From assembly GCA_965230935.1 (NCBI GenBank), contig OZ246400.1, positions 246,359 through 310,358 on the forward strand: a stretch of DNA of 64,000 nucleotides, in the 5' to 3' direction. Both the position numbers and the translations under genes were made by a program. The DNA is from an uncultured Gammaproteobacteria bacterium. Its GTDB lineage: Bacteria; Patescibacteriota; Patescibacteriia; Magasanikbacterales; JBBTQS01. Positions 8,686 to 17,981 of the stretch are shown here, in pieces. Each line of letters starts with the position of its first letter. The first letter of the stretch is position 1. A model generated the notes under the pieces. It saw only the letters and a list, made by a program, of their open reading frames with translations, was not told where the DNA came from and did not search any database.

Positions 8686-8710
8686 ATACTATGATTGACT
8701 GAGATGTGCT

Positions 8711-9154
8711 TTAACGTTTACTCCATTGATGTGCACGACGTGCTTTGTGTCGTCCAGGCTTCTTACGTTCTTTAACTCGTGCATCACGAGAAAGAAGTCC
8801 AAGTGATTTAAGCGACTTACGAAGCTCGGCATCAAGGGCTACCAATGCACGTGCAATACCAAGTTGCACCGCTTCCGATTGACCGCGCTTTCCTCCACCG
8901 ACTACTTTAACGGTTACATCAACACCGTCCTCTCGACCGACCGCTTTCAGCGGTGCCATAATAGTCTCTTGCATAGCGACTGTTGGAAAGTATGCTTTCC
9001 AATCTTGATCATTAATGGTAAGTGCTCCTTTTCCAGCAGGAAATAGTCGGATGCGTGCTGATGCACTTTTTCGACGCCCTACTGCTGGGATATAGTCACC
9101 ATTTTTCTCAGGGGCAGCCGTTGTCTTTGTTTCTGAAACGGAAATATTTTCCAT
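8711..9154 (-). CDS. rpsI: 30S ribosomal protein S9
   Basis: C-terminal GGGKRGQSEA...KARRAHQWSKR. Confidence 0.95.
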   Translation of the reverse strand: MENISVSETKTTAAPEKNGDYIPAVGRRKSASARIRLFPAGKGALTINDQDWKAYFPTVAMQETIMAPLKAVGREDGVDVTVKVVGGGKRGQSEAVQLGIARALVALDAELRKSLKSLGLLSRDARVKERKKPGRHKARRAHQWSKR

Positions 9155-9155
9155 A

Positions 9156-9515
9156 TTAAACGGTAATCTTCAAATTCTTAAGTCGTGGTGCGCGGAGTCG
9201 ATTCTTTGGAAGCATTTTTTCTACTGCCATACGCACTACTGCTGTTGGATCTTTTTCCATCATCTTCTTCAAATTGGTTTGTCGCAATCCACCAGGATAC
9301 ATCGTATGTCGGTAATAAATCTTTCCTTCTAATTTACGTTGATCAAAACGCAATTTTGCAGCATTGGTCACTTCAACCTTATCTCCACATAGCTGATGAG
9401 GAGCAAATGTTGGTTTGTGTTTACCTAACAACAAGGTTGCGACTTGGGTAGCTAAACGCCCAACTGATTTGCCAGTTGCATCAATTACATGAGTTGAAAC
9501 TTCGTTTTGCGTCAT
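9156..9515 (-). CDS. rplM: 50S ribosomal protein L13
   Basis: 119 aa, ATGKSVGRLATQVATLL L13 signature. Confidence 0.95.
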   Translation of the reverse strand: MTQNEVSTHVIDATGKSVGRLATQVATLLLGKHKPTFAPHQLCGDKVEVTNAAKLRFDQRKLEGKIYYRHTMYPGGLRQTNLKKMMEKDPTAVVRMAVEKMLPKNRLRAPRLKNLKITV

Positions 9516-9517
9516 AT

Positions 9518-9868
9518 TTAGGTCAATTCAATTACTGCCATTGCCGCTCCATCTCCAGCACGGGGAGGCGTCTTGGTAATACGAGTATACCCACCGGCAC
9601 GATCTGCATACCGAGGAGCGATCTCTTGTGTCAATTTACGCATTGCGCCTTTGGTATACACAGTTTTCAAAATCTGTCGCTTTCCATGCAAAGTATTTTT
9701 CTTTGCTTGGGTGATAAGCTTTTCAACCAATGGCCGAACCGCTTTTGCTTTGGCATGAGTGGTCTGAATCTTTTCACGCAAAATAATCGCTTCAACAAGT
9801 GAACGCAACAATGCCTGGCGGGAAGACGCCTTTCGATCAAGAGTTACTTTTGCGTTTTTATGTCTCAT
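9518..9868 (-). CDS. rplQ: 50S ribosomal protein L17
   Basis: 116 aa, MRHKNAKVTLDRKASSRQALLRSL L17 N-terminus. Confidence 0.95.
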   Translation of the reverse strand: MRHKNAKVTLDRKASSRQALLRSLVEAIILREKIQTTHAKAKAVRPLVEKLITQAKKNTLHGKRQILKTVYTKGAMRKLTQEIAPRYADRAGGYTRITKTPPRAGDGAAMAVIELT

Positions 9869-9871
9869 ACA

Positions 9872-10648
9872 CTATGATACTTGTTCCTCAATGACTCCCT
9901 CCTCCACTGCTTCTGCTACTGGCTCTTCTGCACCTTCATCTGTCAGCTCAGCAGCTACTGATCCACCATCACTGATAACTTGTAAATGACTGGACAAAAT
10001 AGCAGTTGACTGCTCCATTGCCTCTTTCGGTGTAAGCGTGCCATCAGTTTGGATCTTCAACGTCAACTTTTCGTAGTTGGTAATATCACCCACACGGGTG
10101 TTTTCAACGCTATATCCCATGTCAACAACTGGAGTAAAAATGGAATCAATCGCAATCATGCCAAGCTCAAGATTTTCTTCTTCGCGTTGTTCGACGGTAA
10201 CATATCCACGACCGCGCTTCACTACAATATCCATTTCAAGCTCAGTACCAGCATCCGTAATCTCTGCCAAATGGAGATCAGAATTCACCACTTCAACATC
10301 AGCGTTTGCTTCTATGTCTGCAGCAGTCACTGCTCCGGCGCCTTTTTTCTTCAGATGAAGTTTTACTTCACCATCAGCATGTACGCGAACACGTAATTTT
10401 TTTAAGTTAAGCAATACCTGCACTACATCCTCAGCAACACCATCAATACCATCAAATTCATGAGAAACACCTTTAATCTTTACTGCGGTTGCAGCAGCAC
10501 CTGGCAATGATGAAAGTAACACACGGCGATACATATTCCCGAGCGTGGTTCCATATCCGTGATAACACGGAGTAATAATAACCTCAGCGGTGTTATCGGC
10601 ATCAAGGTCAGTATAGGTAACTGAATTTGGTAAAAGTAATTCCTCCAT
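9872..10648 (-). CDS. rpoA: DNA-directed RNA polymerase alpha subunit, lacking the C-terminal domain
   Basis: alpha NTD motifs (ITPCYHGYGTTLGNMYRRVLLSSLPG); only 258 aa, ends in an acidic tail, no alpha-CTD. Confidence 0.85.
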   Translation of the reverse strand: MEELLLPNSVTYTDLDADNTAEVIITPCYHGYGTTLGNMYRRVLLSSLPGAAATAVKIKGVSHEFDGIDGVAEDVVQVLLNLKKLRVRVHADGEVKLHLKKKGAGAVTAADIEANADVEVVNSDLHLAEITDAGTELEMDIVVKRGRGYVTVEQREEENLELGMIAIDSIFTPVVDMGYSVENTRVGDITNYEKLTLKIQTDGTLTPKEAMEQSTAILSSHLQVISDGGSVAAELTDEGAEEPVAEAVEEGVIEEQVS

Positions 10649-10653
10649 ATGAT

Positions 10654-11277
10654 TTAGCGTGAATAAAACTCAATAATTCGTTTAGTATCAAATGCGGTGT
10701 CAAAATCATTGCTTCCCGGGATAGCAACCACTTTCCCTTCAAGTTTACTTGCATCAAGGCTCAACCATGACGGTGGGTCAAACTTCTCTAGTTTTTTTGC
10801 AAGCGGAGCAAAGACTTTAGGATCTTTAACTGTGATACTATCGCCAATTTTGACTCGATACGACGGGATATTTACCTTCTTTCCATTTACACGAATATGT
10901 GCATGAGATACCCGCTGACGCGCTTCAAAACGACTGGCAGCCAGTCCAAGTCGATATACAACATTGTCCAAGCGCAATTCAAGCAGCTGACGTAATACCA
11001 CTTCGGTGTCCCCTTCTTTACGGTTTGCACTTTGCACGTATCGCAAAAATTGGCCTTCAGTCAAGCCGTATGTGCGCTTTGCTTTTTGTTTTTCGCGAAG
11101 CTGCTTACCAAAGTCAGAAAGTCGTCCACGTCGACGCTTGTTTCCGTGCATTCCTGGTGCATATGGCCGACGAGAAACCGGACATTTTGTAGTATAACAC
11201 TTCTCTCCTTTGAGGAAGAGCTTTACTCCTTCGCGGCGACACATGCCACATTTTCCTTTTTGATACTGTACTGGCAT
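10654..11277 (-). CDS. rpsD: 30S ribosomal protein S4
   Basis: start placed at MPVQYQKGKCGMCRREG (typical S4 zinc-ribbon N-terminus); the ORF-track extension to 11340 would overlap rpsK. Confidence 0.9.
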   Translation of the reverse strand: MPVQYQKGKCGMCRREGVKLFLKGEKCYTTKCPVSRRPYAPGMHGNKRRRGRLSDFGKQLREKQKAKRTYGLTEGQFLRYVQSANRKEGDTEVVLRQLLELRLDNVVYRLGLAASRFEARQRVSHAHIRVNGKKVNIPSYRVKIGDSITVKDPKVFAPLAKKLEKFDPPSWLSLDASKLEGKVVAIPGSNDFDTAFDTKRIIEFYSR

Positions 11278-11281
11278 AAAA

Positions 11282-11680
11282 TTAGACTCGACGTCGCTTA
11301 CGAGCTCGACATCCATTATGGGGAACCGGTGTAACATCACGCATAGAAACTACGGCAATATTATTAGCATTGAGCGCACGAATTGCTCCCTCACGCCCTT
11401 GACCAATTCCTTTTACAAAAACATTTACTTCTTTAAGTCCATACACTTCAAGCTTTTCTGCAACATCTTTTACAATCATGCTTGCAGCATATGGCGTTGC
11501 TTTTTTCGGACCTTTAAACCCCACTTGTCCTGCGCTGCTCCATGCCAACACATTCCCTTGTTCGTCAGTAACGGAGACAATGGTATTGTTATAGGTCGCC
11601 TGAATATAGGCATTCCCACGGGAAACCGAGGTAATAACTTTCTTTTTTTTCTTTTTCGCAACTTGCTTTTTAGCAGCCAT
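11282..11680 (-). CDS. rpsK: 30S ribosomal protein S11
   Basis: 132 aa, S11 core with Lys-rich N-terminus. Confidence 0.95.
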   Translation of the reverse strand: MAAKKQVAKKKKKKVITSVSRGNAYIQATYNNTIVSVTDEQGNVLAWSSAGQVGFKGPKKATPYAASMIVKDVAEKLEVYGLKEVNVFVKGIGQGREGAIRALNANNIAVVSMRDVTPVPHNGCRARKRRRV

Positions 11681-11689
11681 AAATAATCA

Positions 11690-12076
11690 TTAGGTCTTTT
11701 GCAATGTTCGGCGACCGGATCCCATAGTAGATCGCTTGTTACCACGAACCGTACGAGAATTCACCTTAGTGCGTTGTCCGCGAACAGGTAATCGCTTAAG
11801 ATGGCGAGAGCCGCGATAACTTTTAATGTCTTTGAGTCGCTTAACGTTACTACTAAGCAATCGGCGTAAATCACCTTCAGTTCGATATTCCTTTTCCACA
11901 ACACGACGCAAACGGTCTTCTTCCTCTTGGGTAAGGTCTTTTACACGGGTATTGGAATCAATATTCGCTTTTTTCAAAATCGCTTGCGCCAAACTTAATC
12001 CAATACCAAATACATATGTGAGAGCTACCTCAACACGCTTATCTTTTGGAATGGTTACTCCTGAGATTCGAGCCAT
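11690..12076 (-). CDS. rpsM: 30S ribosomal protein S13
   Basis: MARISGVTIPKDKRVEVALTYVFGIG. Confidence 0.95.
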   Translation of the reverse strand: MARISGVTIPKDKRVEVALTYVFGIGLSLAQAILKKANIDSNTRVKDLTQEEEDRLRRVVEKEYRTEGDLRRLLSSNVKRLKDIKSYRGSRHLKRLPVRGQRTKVNSRTVRGNKRSTMGSGRRTLQKT

Positions 12077-12079
12077 AGC

Positions 12080-12193
12080 TTATCCTTGACGTTGTTTATG
12101 TTTAGGATTTTTACAAAATACAACCACACGGCGCTTACGGCGTGTTGTCTTACAATCTTTACACATCTTTTTAACCGATGCTCGTACTTTCAT
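12080..12193 (-). CDS. rpmJ: 50S ribosomal protein L36
   Basis: 37 aa [37 protein letters not shown] read by hand from the minus strand; below the ORF-track length cut-off. Confidence 0.9.
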   Translation of the reverse strand: MKVRASVKKMCKDCKTTRRKRRVVVFCKNPKHKQRQG

Positions 12194-12259
12194 GTTTGTG
12201 GTTTTTGCAGTAAAAACGCCGATCACACTGTGATCGGAAAACGTCAGATGAGTACCGCT

Positions 12260-12475
12260 TCAAAATCGGTAGGTAATACGCCCTTTGGTTAAATCATAGG
12301 GCGTCATTTCTACTTTTACACGGTCACCTGCCGTAAGGCGTATACGAAATCTCCGCATCTTTCCTGAAAGATGAGCGATGATTTCATGCGCATTGTCAAG
12401 TTGGACGCGAAAGGTCCCACCAGGTAGTGATTCTTCGATCACTCCTTTAAATTCAACGACGTCTTTTTTTGTCAT
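12260..12475 (-). CDS. infA: translation initiation factor IF-1
   Basis: 71 aa S1-like fold, [19 protein letters not shown]. Confidence 0.95.
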   Translation of the reverse strand: MTKKDVVEFKGVIEESLPGGTFRVQLDNAHEIIAHLSGKMRRFRIRLTAGDRVKVEMTPYDLTKGRITYRF

Positions 12476-12489
12476 AATTGACTGCCAAT

Positions 12490-12518
12490 AGTATAGAGAA
12501 TACGCTCAATCCTGTCAA
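12490..12518 (-). promoter_or_regulatory. sigma70-like promoter upstream of infA
   Basis: minus strand TTGACA-17 nt-TATACT about 15 nt upstream of the infA ATG. Confidence 0.55.
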
Positions 12519-12599
12519 CATTTTTGCCTATACTTTGTGAACCTTATTTTTGGCCTAATTTAGCTAATTAATTTTTTACTTAAACTATACACAACCAAT

Positions 12600-14279
12600 T
12601 TAGTATGTATTCAACAACTCCTGAAACTTCCCATCTGCATAAAATAATACCACAACTTCTCCAGTATCACGATGCTGTTTTTGTGGAGAATCATCACGAA
12701 AAACTAGCTTTACCTGTTCTCCCCTAAAGAGGGCATAGTCATACTCCCATAGTTCTGTGAGAATATATGGTGACTCATACACCGCTTGACCATACCAAAA
12801 CTTGGCATGCACCGGAGTCCCTAAAAAACCATTATCAACCTGCTCCCAGGCAATTGACTGTATTGTATCTGCTGATTTATCACGAGTATAGATCGGCACC
12901 CGTTCTACCACGAATTGCCGTTGTCCATATAATAAGTCAACTGCTTGAGCCAAACCGTTGCGCAATATTGGCGCAACACCATTTGATTCCGGCACACCAA
13001 TAATTACAAGGTGCTTCCCTGGATACGTCTGAGCAATATCTTGAAATTGTGACACAAGTTGTTCGCTTTGCTGACTTGCTTGTGCCCATACTACATGACG
13101 CTCATACACAAATCCACCAAAATAAACCAGGAGAATACCAAGTATAATTGCGCCAACTACTCGACGAGCATTAAGCACCCTCACAAGAAGTACGGCAATG
13201 ATAATACTTATGAAGATACTTGGCGTATATGCAAAACGCTCTCCTTCAATGCTCACAGGATCAAAAGCTAATACCAACATAGGAATGGCACTTACCACGG
13301 CGCTTATCATGAGTAGTGTAACTGTTTTTACAAATTGTTTGCTATACAACAGTACGGCCGTGATTACTCCCAAACCAGCTATTCCTGAAATAACCGGATA
13401 CATCTTCAATACATCAACTCCATTGTGGAGCCATGTTGCCACAGGAATAATAGGGACTAGCATAATATAGGCAAACGTTTCAATCATGCTCCAAACCTGT
13501 ATCTGATTAATACTCACACTATACCCACCTATGGCACCATCAAGCGCAAAGAAGCGTACTCCGACATATATAGCGCCGACAAGTGCAAAGGGAATAAACC
13601 AATATGCCACTTCTTTGTACCAAAGATCATTGCGTGTTTTTCCAAGATTGTAGTATTGGATCCGATCCAAACATACCAACAAAAATGGAAGCATGATTGC
13701 ATGCTCTTTTGAAAGCAATGCAACACCCCACGCAATAAGAGAAAACACTAACCACAATGGTGCGTGTGTTTTGCGGTACCACAAAAATATCACCATGCTT
13801 ATTACCATAAAGGTTGCGGCAAGTGCATCAGGATATCCCGCCACCCACATGATTACCTCAGTATGAGTTGGCATAAGCAAAAATAGTAACGCACTTACTG
13901 CTCCGATTACTCGACTCAGCTTTGTTCGTGAAAAAATACTAGAACACAGCACATACAGTCCAAAACTTGTTACAACATGCAAAGCTAAACTCACAAGATG
14001 GTATGGCACGACCGCAGTTCCAAAACCACGATACAATATGCTCATGAGTAACGTCACCATTGGGCGATACGAGCCACTCGCCTGCTCTCCGGCATAGTTA
14101 CTCAAAAAATATTCTGGAAACTGTGCATCACGTCCAATTACCAACCAATCAAAGGTATCTGAAAGAAAAAAATTATCTACCATGGGAAACCATGCTAATA
14201 CTCCGACAAGCGCAAGGAGCACAAAAAACATTCCCGGACGAAGAAGACGTGCAATTACAAATCCAACCCGTTGGCTCAT
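12600..14279 (-). CDS. GT-C family membrane glycosyltransferase (ArnT/PMT-like)
   Basis: multi-TM; start placed at MSQRVGF; adjacent to a GT2 polyprenyl-phosphate sugar synthase-like gene. Confidence 0.7.
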   Translation of the reverse strand: MSQRVGFVIARLLRPGMFFVLLALVGVLAWFPMVDNFFLSDTFDWLVIGRDAQFPEYFLSNYAGEQASGSYRPMVTLLMSILYRGFGTAVVPYHLVSLALHVVTSFGLYVLCSSIFSRTKLSRVIGAVSALLFLLMPTHTEVIMWVAGYPDALAATFMVISMVIFLWYRKTHAPLWLVFSLIAWGVALLSKEHAIMLPFLLVCLDRIQYYNLGKTRNDLWYKEVAYWFIPFALVGAIYVGVRFFALDGAIGGYSVSINQIQVWSMIETFAYIMLVPIIPVATWLHNGVDVLKMYPVISGIAGLGVITAVLLYSKQFVKTVTLLMISAVVSAIPMLVLAFDPVSIEGERFAYTPSIFISIIIAVLLVRVLNARRVVGAIILGILLVYFGGFVYERHVVWAQASQQSEQLVSQFQDIAQTYPGKHLVIIGVPESNGVAPILRNGLAQAVDLLYGQRQFVVERVPIYTRDKSADTIQSIAWEQVDNGFLGTPVHAKFWYGQAVYESPYILTELWEYDYALFRGEQVKLVFRDDSPQKQHRDTGEVVVLFYADGKFQELLNTY

Positions 14280-14280
14280 G

Positions 14281-14973
14281 TTAGTGTCGTTTACGAATAG
14301 CAATAATATCTTTACACATCTGTATGGTTTGTGGAACAAGACGGATGGTCGATTGACTATTGCGCACAAGCCGTACCGGCAACTCAACGACCTTTATATT
14401 CTCTTGATGCGCACGAGTAAGCAGCTCAACATCAAAGGCAAATCCTGGTGTATGTAAGTCAGTAAAAAGTTGTTGAGCAACATCTTTAGTAAAAAACTTT
14501 ATGCCACACTGTGAATCTTTCCACGGAATACCGGTTATCTTACGTGTCAATACCGAAAATATTTTACTTGCCAGCGAACGTGTGGCACCGTATCCAATCG
14601 TCTTGTGTGCCTGAGGATGTGTTCGCGAACCAATGACAATGTGTGTTCCTGTGTTATCGCGTAATTCATCATACGCAACCCGAATAACCTGCAAATCGTA
14701 AGGTAAATCAATGTCAGTAAACCCCACCACTGATCCACGTGCCTGGAGTATTCCGGTTTGCACAGCTCGACCTTTCCCTTGGTTATTTTTATGTCGCAAT
14801 ACGCGCACTGATGCTCCCCAATGCTCTTGTATTACAATCGGTGTGATACTCCCATCATCAACAATAATAATCTCATAGGCAATGCCAGCCTGATCCAGCC
14901 ATGAGGAAAGCTGCGATACTGAGGTATCGGCAATATCGGCACTTTCATATGCCGGAAGGATTATACTCAACAT
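14281..14973 (-). CDS. GT2 glycosyltransferase (polyprenol-phosphate sugar synthase-like)
   Basis: start placed at MLSIILPAYESADIA...IIIVDDGS; DID motif. Confidence 0.75.
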   Translation of the reverse strand: MLSIILPAYESADIADTSVSQLSSWLDQAGIAYEIIIVDDGSITPIVIQEHWGASVRVLRHKNNQGKGRAVQTGILQARGSVVGFTDIDLPYDLQVIRVAYDELRDNTGTHIVIGSRTHPQAHKTIGYGATRSLASKIFSVLTRKITGIPWKDSQCGIKFFTKDVAQQLFTDLHTPGFAFDVELLTRAHQENIKVVELPVRLVRNSQSTIRLVPQTIQMCKDIIAIRKRH

Positions 14974-14974
14974 A

Positions 14975-16783
14975 CTATGATGTCTGATTGGCGCTGACCG
15001 TTGCTTTAATACGCCGAATTCCTGCAGAACATGATTCTTCTTTGGTAATTGTGAACGAACCAAGCTCCTGCGTATTACTCACGTGTGGCCCACCACAAAT
15101 CTCCACAGAGAAAAATCCCTGCTCATCATCACCAACATAATACACTTTCAGCTTATCCAGAGTAGCATACTTATCATCAAAGTACCCCAACGCATCCTGT
15201 GCCTTGGCTTCTGCAGGAGTGAGTTCTTTACAATACACCGGCAACCCCTTCTTGATTTGTTCATTTACCACTTGCTCAACTTGCGCAATTTGCTCAGAGG
15301 TTAACTTTTGCGGATAATTAAAATCAAACCGAAGTCGCTTGGCAGTAATATTACTCCCTTTTTGTTGCACATCCTCACCCAACACATTTTTAAGCGCTTT
15401 ATGCATCAAATGAGTTGCGGTATGCAAGCGGACTGTTTCTGCTGAATGATCAGCCAGCCCACCTTCAAATTTTTGTGCTGCACCGGCGCGAGAAAGTTCT
15501 TGGTGTTTACAAAATTCTTCTTGAAACTTCTGTTTATCTATCACTTGCCCATATTCTGCGACCACCTCTTGTGTTAACTCGATAGGAAACCCATACGACT
15601 GATACAAATTAAATGCATCAGTACCGGTAATCTTGCCTTGTGCATCCCACATTTTTTTAAGCTCCTGAAGTCCATTGGCTAGTGTTTTTTCAAACTTTTG
15701 CACTTCTTGAATAAGCACGTCAGTAATTGTCTTTTCTTGTCCATCAAGATGTGTGTACAGTGGTTGCATAGTTTGTACGGATGCCATAGCAGTTTGGGCA
15801 ATCATATCTTGAATCACCGTCACCTCAAGCGTGCGAGCGATGCGAACAACTCTTCGAATGAGCCGACGCAATACATACCCTTGATCCTTATTGCTCGGAA
15901 ATACTCCATCAGCAATCATCATTGCACTTGCACGCACATGATCAGCAATAACACGCACGTTCCGTTGTACTGACACATCAGTATGCGCGTGTTTTGCATC
16001 TTCAACCCAACTCAAAATAGTACTCATGATTGGAGCGAACAGCTCGGTGTCATAGACACTCTGCTTTCCTTGCAATACCATCAATACCCGCTCAAGCCCC
16101 AAACCGGTATCTACGTTTTGCTGTGCCAAAGGTTGATATGATCCGTCCACCTGCTTGTCATATTGCATGAATACATCATTCCAAATCTCAACCCACCGGT
16201 CATCTAATGGGTCAAAGTCTTCTGGTGGTTCTTGATCAGCACTCCAATAAAACATCTCCGTATCAGGACCACACGGACCGGTTTGACCAGCCGGACCCCA
16301 CCAGTTTTCTTTTCGATCAAGATAGGCAATACGTTGCGTGCTCACACCAAGTGATCGCCAAATATCAGCAGATTCCGTATCTCGAGGAACAACATCATCC
16401 CCTTGATACACGGTAAATGCCAAGTGTGACAATGGAATATATAATTGTTCTGTTAGAAAAGAAAAGCTCCACGTAATTGCTTCTTGCTTAAAGTAATCAC
16501 CAAGCGACCAGTTCCCAAGCATGGTAAAAAAAGTATTGTGAGTTGCATCACCAACTTCATCAATATCTCCGGTACGTACACATCGTTGATAATCGACCAA
16601 ACGCGTACCGCACGGATGCTTCTCTCCCATTAAATATGGGACTAGTGGATGCATCCCAGCTGTAGTAAATAGCACGGTAGGGTCATTTTCTGGAATGAGT
16701 GGTGCTGAAGGAATCTGCACATGGCCATGCGATTCAAAAAACCCAATATACTGATCGATAAGTTGTTTCGCGGTAATTTGCAT
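14975..16783 (-). CDS. alaS: alanine--tRNA ligase, short form lacking the C-Ala domain
   Basis: class II AlaRS catalytic core plus HxxxH...CxxxH editing domain; 602 aa. Confidence 0.9.
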   Translation of the reverse strand: MQITAKQLIDQYIGFFESHGHVQIPSAPLIPENDPTVLFTTAGMHPLVPYLMGEKHPCGTRLVDYQRCVRTGDIDEVGDATHNTFFTMLGNWSLGDYFKQEAITWSFSFLTEQLYIPLSHLAFTVYQGDDVVPRDTESADIWRSLGVSTQRIAYLDRKENWWGPAGQTGPCGPDTEMFYWSADQEPPEDFDPLDDRWVEIWNDVFMQYDKQVDGSYQPLAQQNVDTGLGLERVLMVLQGKQSVYDTELFAPIMSTILSWVEDAKHAHTDVSVQRNVRVIADHVRASAMMIADGVFPSNKDQGYVLRRLIRRVVRIARTLEVTVIQDMIAQTAMASVQTMQPLYTHLDGQEKTITDVLIQEVQKFEKTLANGLQELKKMWDAQGKITGTDAFNLYQSYGFPIELTQEVVAEYGQVIDKQKFQEEFCKHQELSRAGAAQKFEGGLADHSAETVRLHTATHLMHKALKNVLGEDVQQKGSNITAKRLRFDFNYPQKLTSEQIAQVEQVVNEQIKKGLPVYCKELTPAEAKAQDALGYFDDKYATLDKLKVYYVGDDEQGFFSVEICGGPHVSNTQELGSFTITKEESCSAGIRRIKATVSANQTS

Positions 16784-16823
16784 ACATCACTAGTGTACAG
16801 AATGTACTCTTTTTGGACAAGAT

Positions 16824-17897
16824 TTAGGTAATAACTCCTCCGCCCAAACACTCGGTCTTGTTATACAATACTGCATACTGTCCCGGAGTGACCCCCCATT
16901 GCTTATCAACAAAAACAATTATAATACCTTCTCCATTTGCCGCATATGTAATTTCAGCAGTAACAAGTGACTGTCGGTGACGCAATCGAACAAAGCATGA
17001 AAGAGGCAATGAAGGTTCTTTACCGCTAATCCAATGCATATCTTTCACCGTAACAGTATCATCAAACAACAATGCGCTTTCTTTGCGCACTACAATGAGC
17101 TGATTCTTTTCCCAATTCTTTTTCGCAACATAAAGCGGGTCACCCCCACCAGGTTGCGTAAACCCATGCCGTTGCCCACGCGTGTACAATGGCAACCCAT
17201 CATGCCTGCCAATGACGTTTCCATCTTCTGCCACTACATTTCCTGGCGTGCAGCCCACCCTTCCCTTTAAAAACTCACGCATAGGAACTTCTCCAACAAA
17301 ACAAATCCCCATACTCTCCGGCATATCCTCAGTTCCTAATCCTCGCTCTTGTGCCATGTGTTTCACTTGCGTTTTAGTGTATTTGCACAATGGAAAAAAC
17401 GCTTTACTCAATTGATCTTGATTAAGTTGATGGAGAAAATACGTTTGATCTTTATTCTCATCCTTTGCACGCAATAAATGATATCCGTCTTTATCCTGAG
17501 ATACACCAGCATAGTGTCCGGTGGCCACTGCATCACACCCCAATCGCTCTGCGGCACGCAAAAAATAACCAAACTTAATAAATTGATTACATAACACATC
17601 AGGATTTGGTGTGTTCCCCTGTGCATACTGCTTAAGCATGGACTGATACACATGCTCGCGATACTGTTTTTCAAAATCAAAAAAATGCAGTGCGATACCG
17701 AGTTTAGCTGCAACACGCTGCGCACTCCGATGATCGGCACGCCAGGCACATACACCATACTGATCTTTTTCATCTGACCAGTTTTTCATAAAGCCCCCCA
17801 CTACTTCATACCCTTGCTCAACCAAAAGTGCCGCAGCGACTGATGAGTCAACACCACCACTAATGCCAACTAATATTTTTCGAGACTTTTTGACCAT
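16824..17897 (-). CDS. mnmA: tRNA-specific 2-thiouridylase
   Basis: ILVGISGGVDSSVAA PP-loop, MnmA length and motifs. Confidence 0.9.
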   Translation of the reverse strand: MVKKSRKILVGISGGVDSSVAAALLVEQGYEVVGGFMKNWSDEKDQYGVCAWRADHRSAQRVAAKLGIALHFFDFEKQYREHVYQSMLKQYAQGNTPNPDVLCNQFIKFGYFLRAAERLGCDAVATGHYAGVSQDKDGYHLLRAKDENKDQTYFLHQLNQDQLSKAFFPLCKYTKTQVKHMAQERGLGTEDMPESMGICFVGEVPMREFLKGRVGCTPGNVVAEDGNVIGRHDGLPLYTRGQRHGFTQPGGGDPLYVAKKNWEKNQLIVVRKESALLFDDTVTVKDMHWISGKEPSLPLSCFVRLRHRQSLVTAEITYAANGEGIIIVFVDKQWGVTPGQYAVLYNKTECLGGGVIT

Positions 17898-17981
17898 AGG
17901 GTACTAGTGTGTCGCAACAGAGTCTGTCTGTCAATACAAAAGAGCCTTTTCAGGCTCTTTTGCACCTTTGTAAGTAATACA

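Noticed and set aside
10049-12292. Numerous 60-130-aa ORFs on the plus strand across the ribosomal protein operon
   Set aside because: They are antisense to highly conserved ribosomal protein genes, lack RBS, and have AT-rich low-complexity translations, typical of antisense frames of Lys-rich genes.
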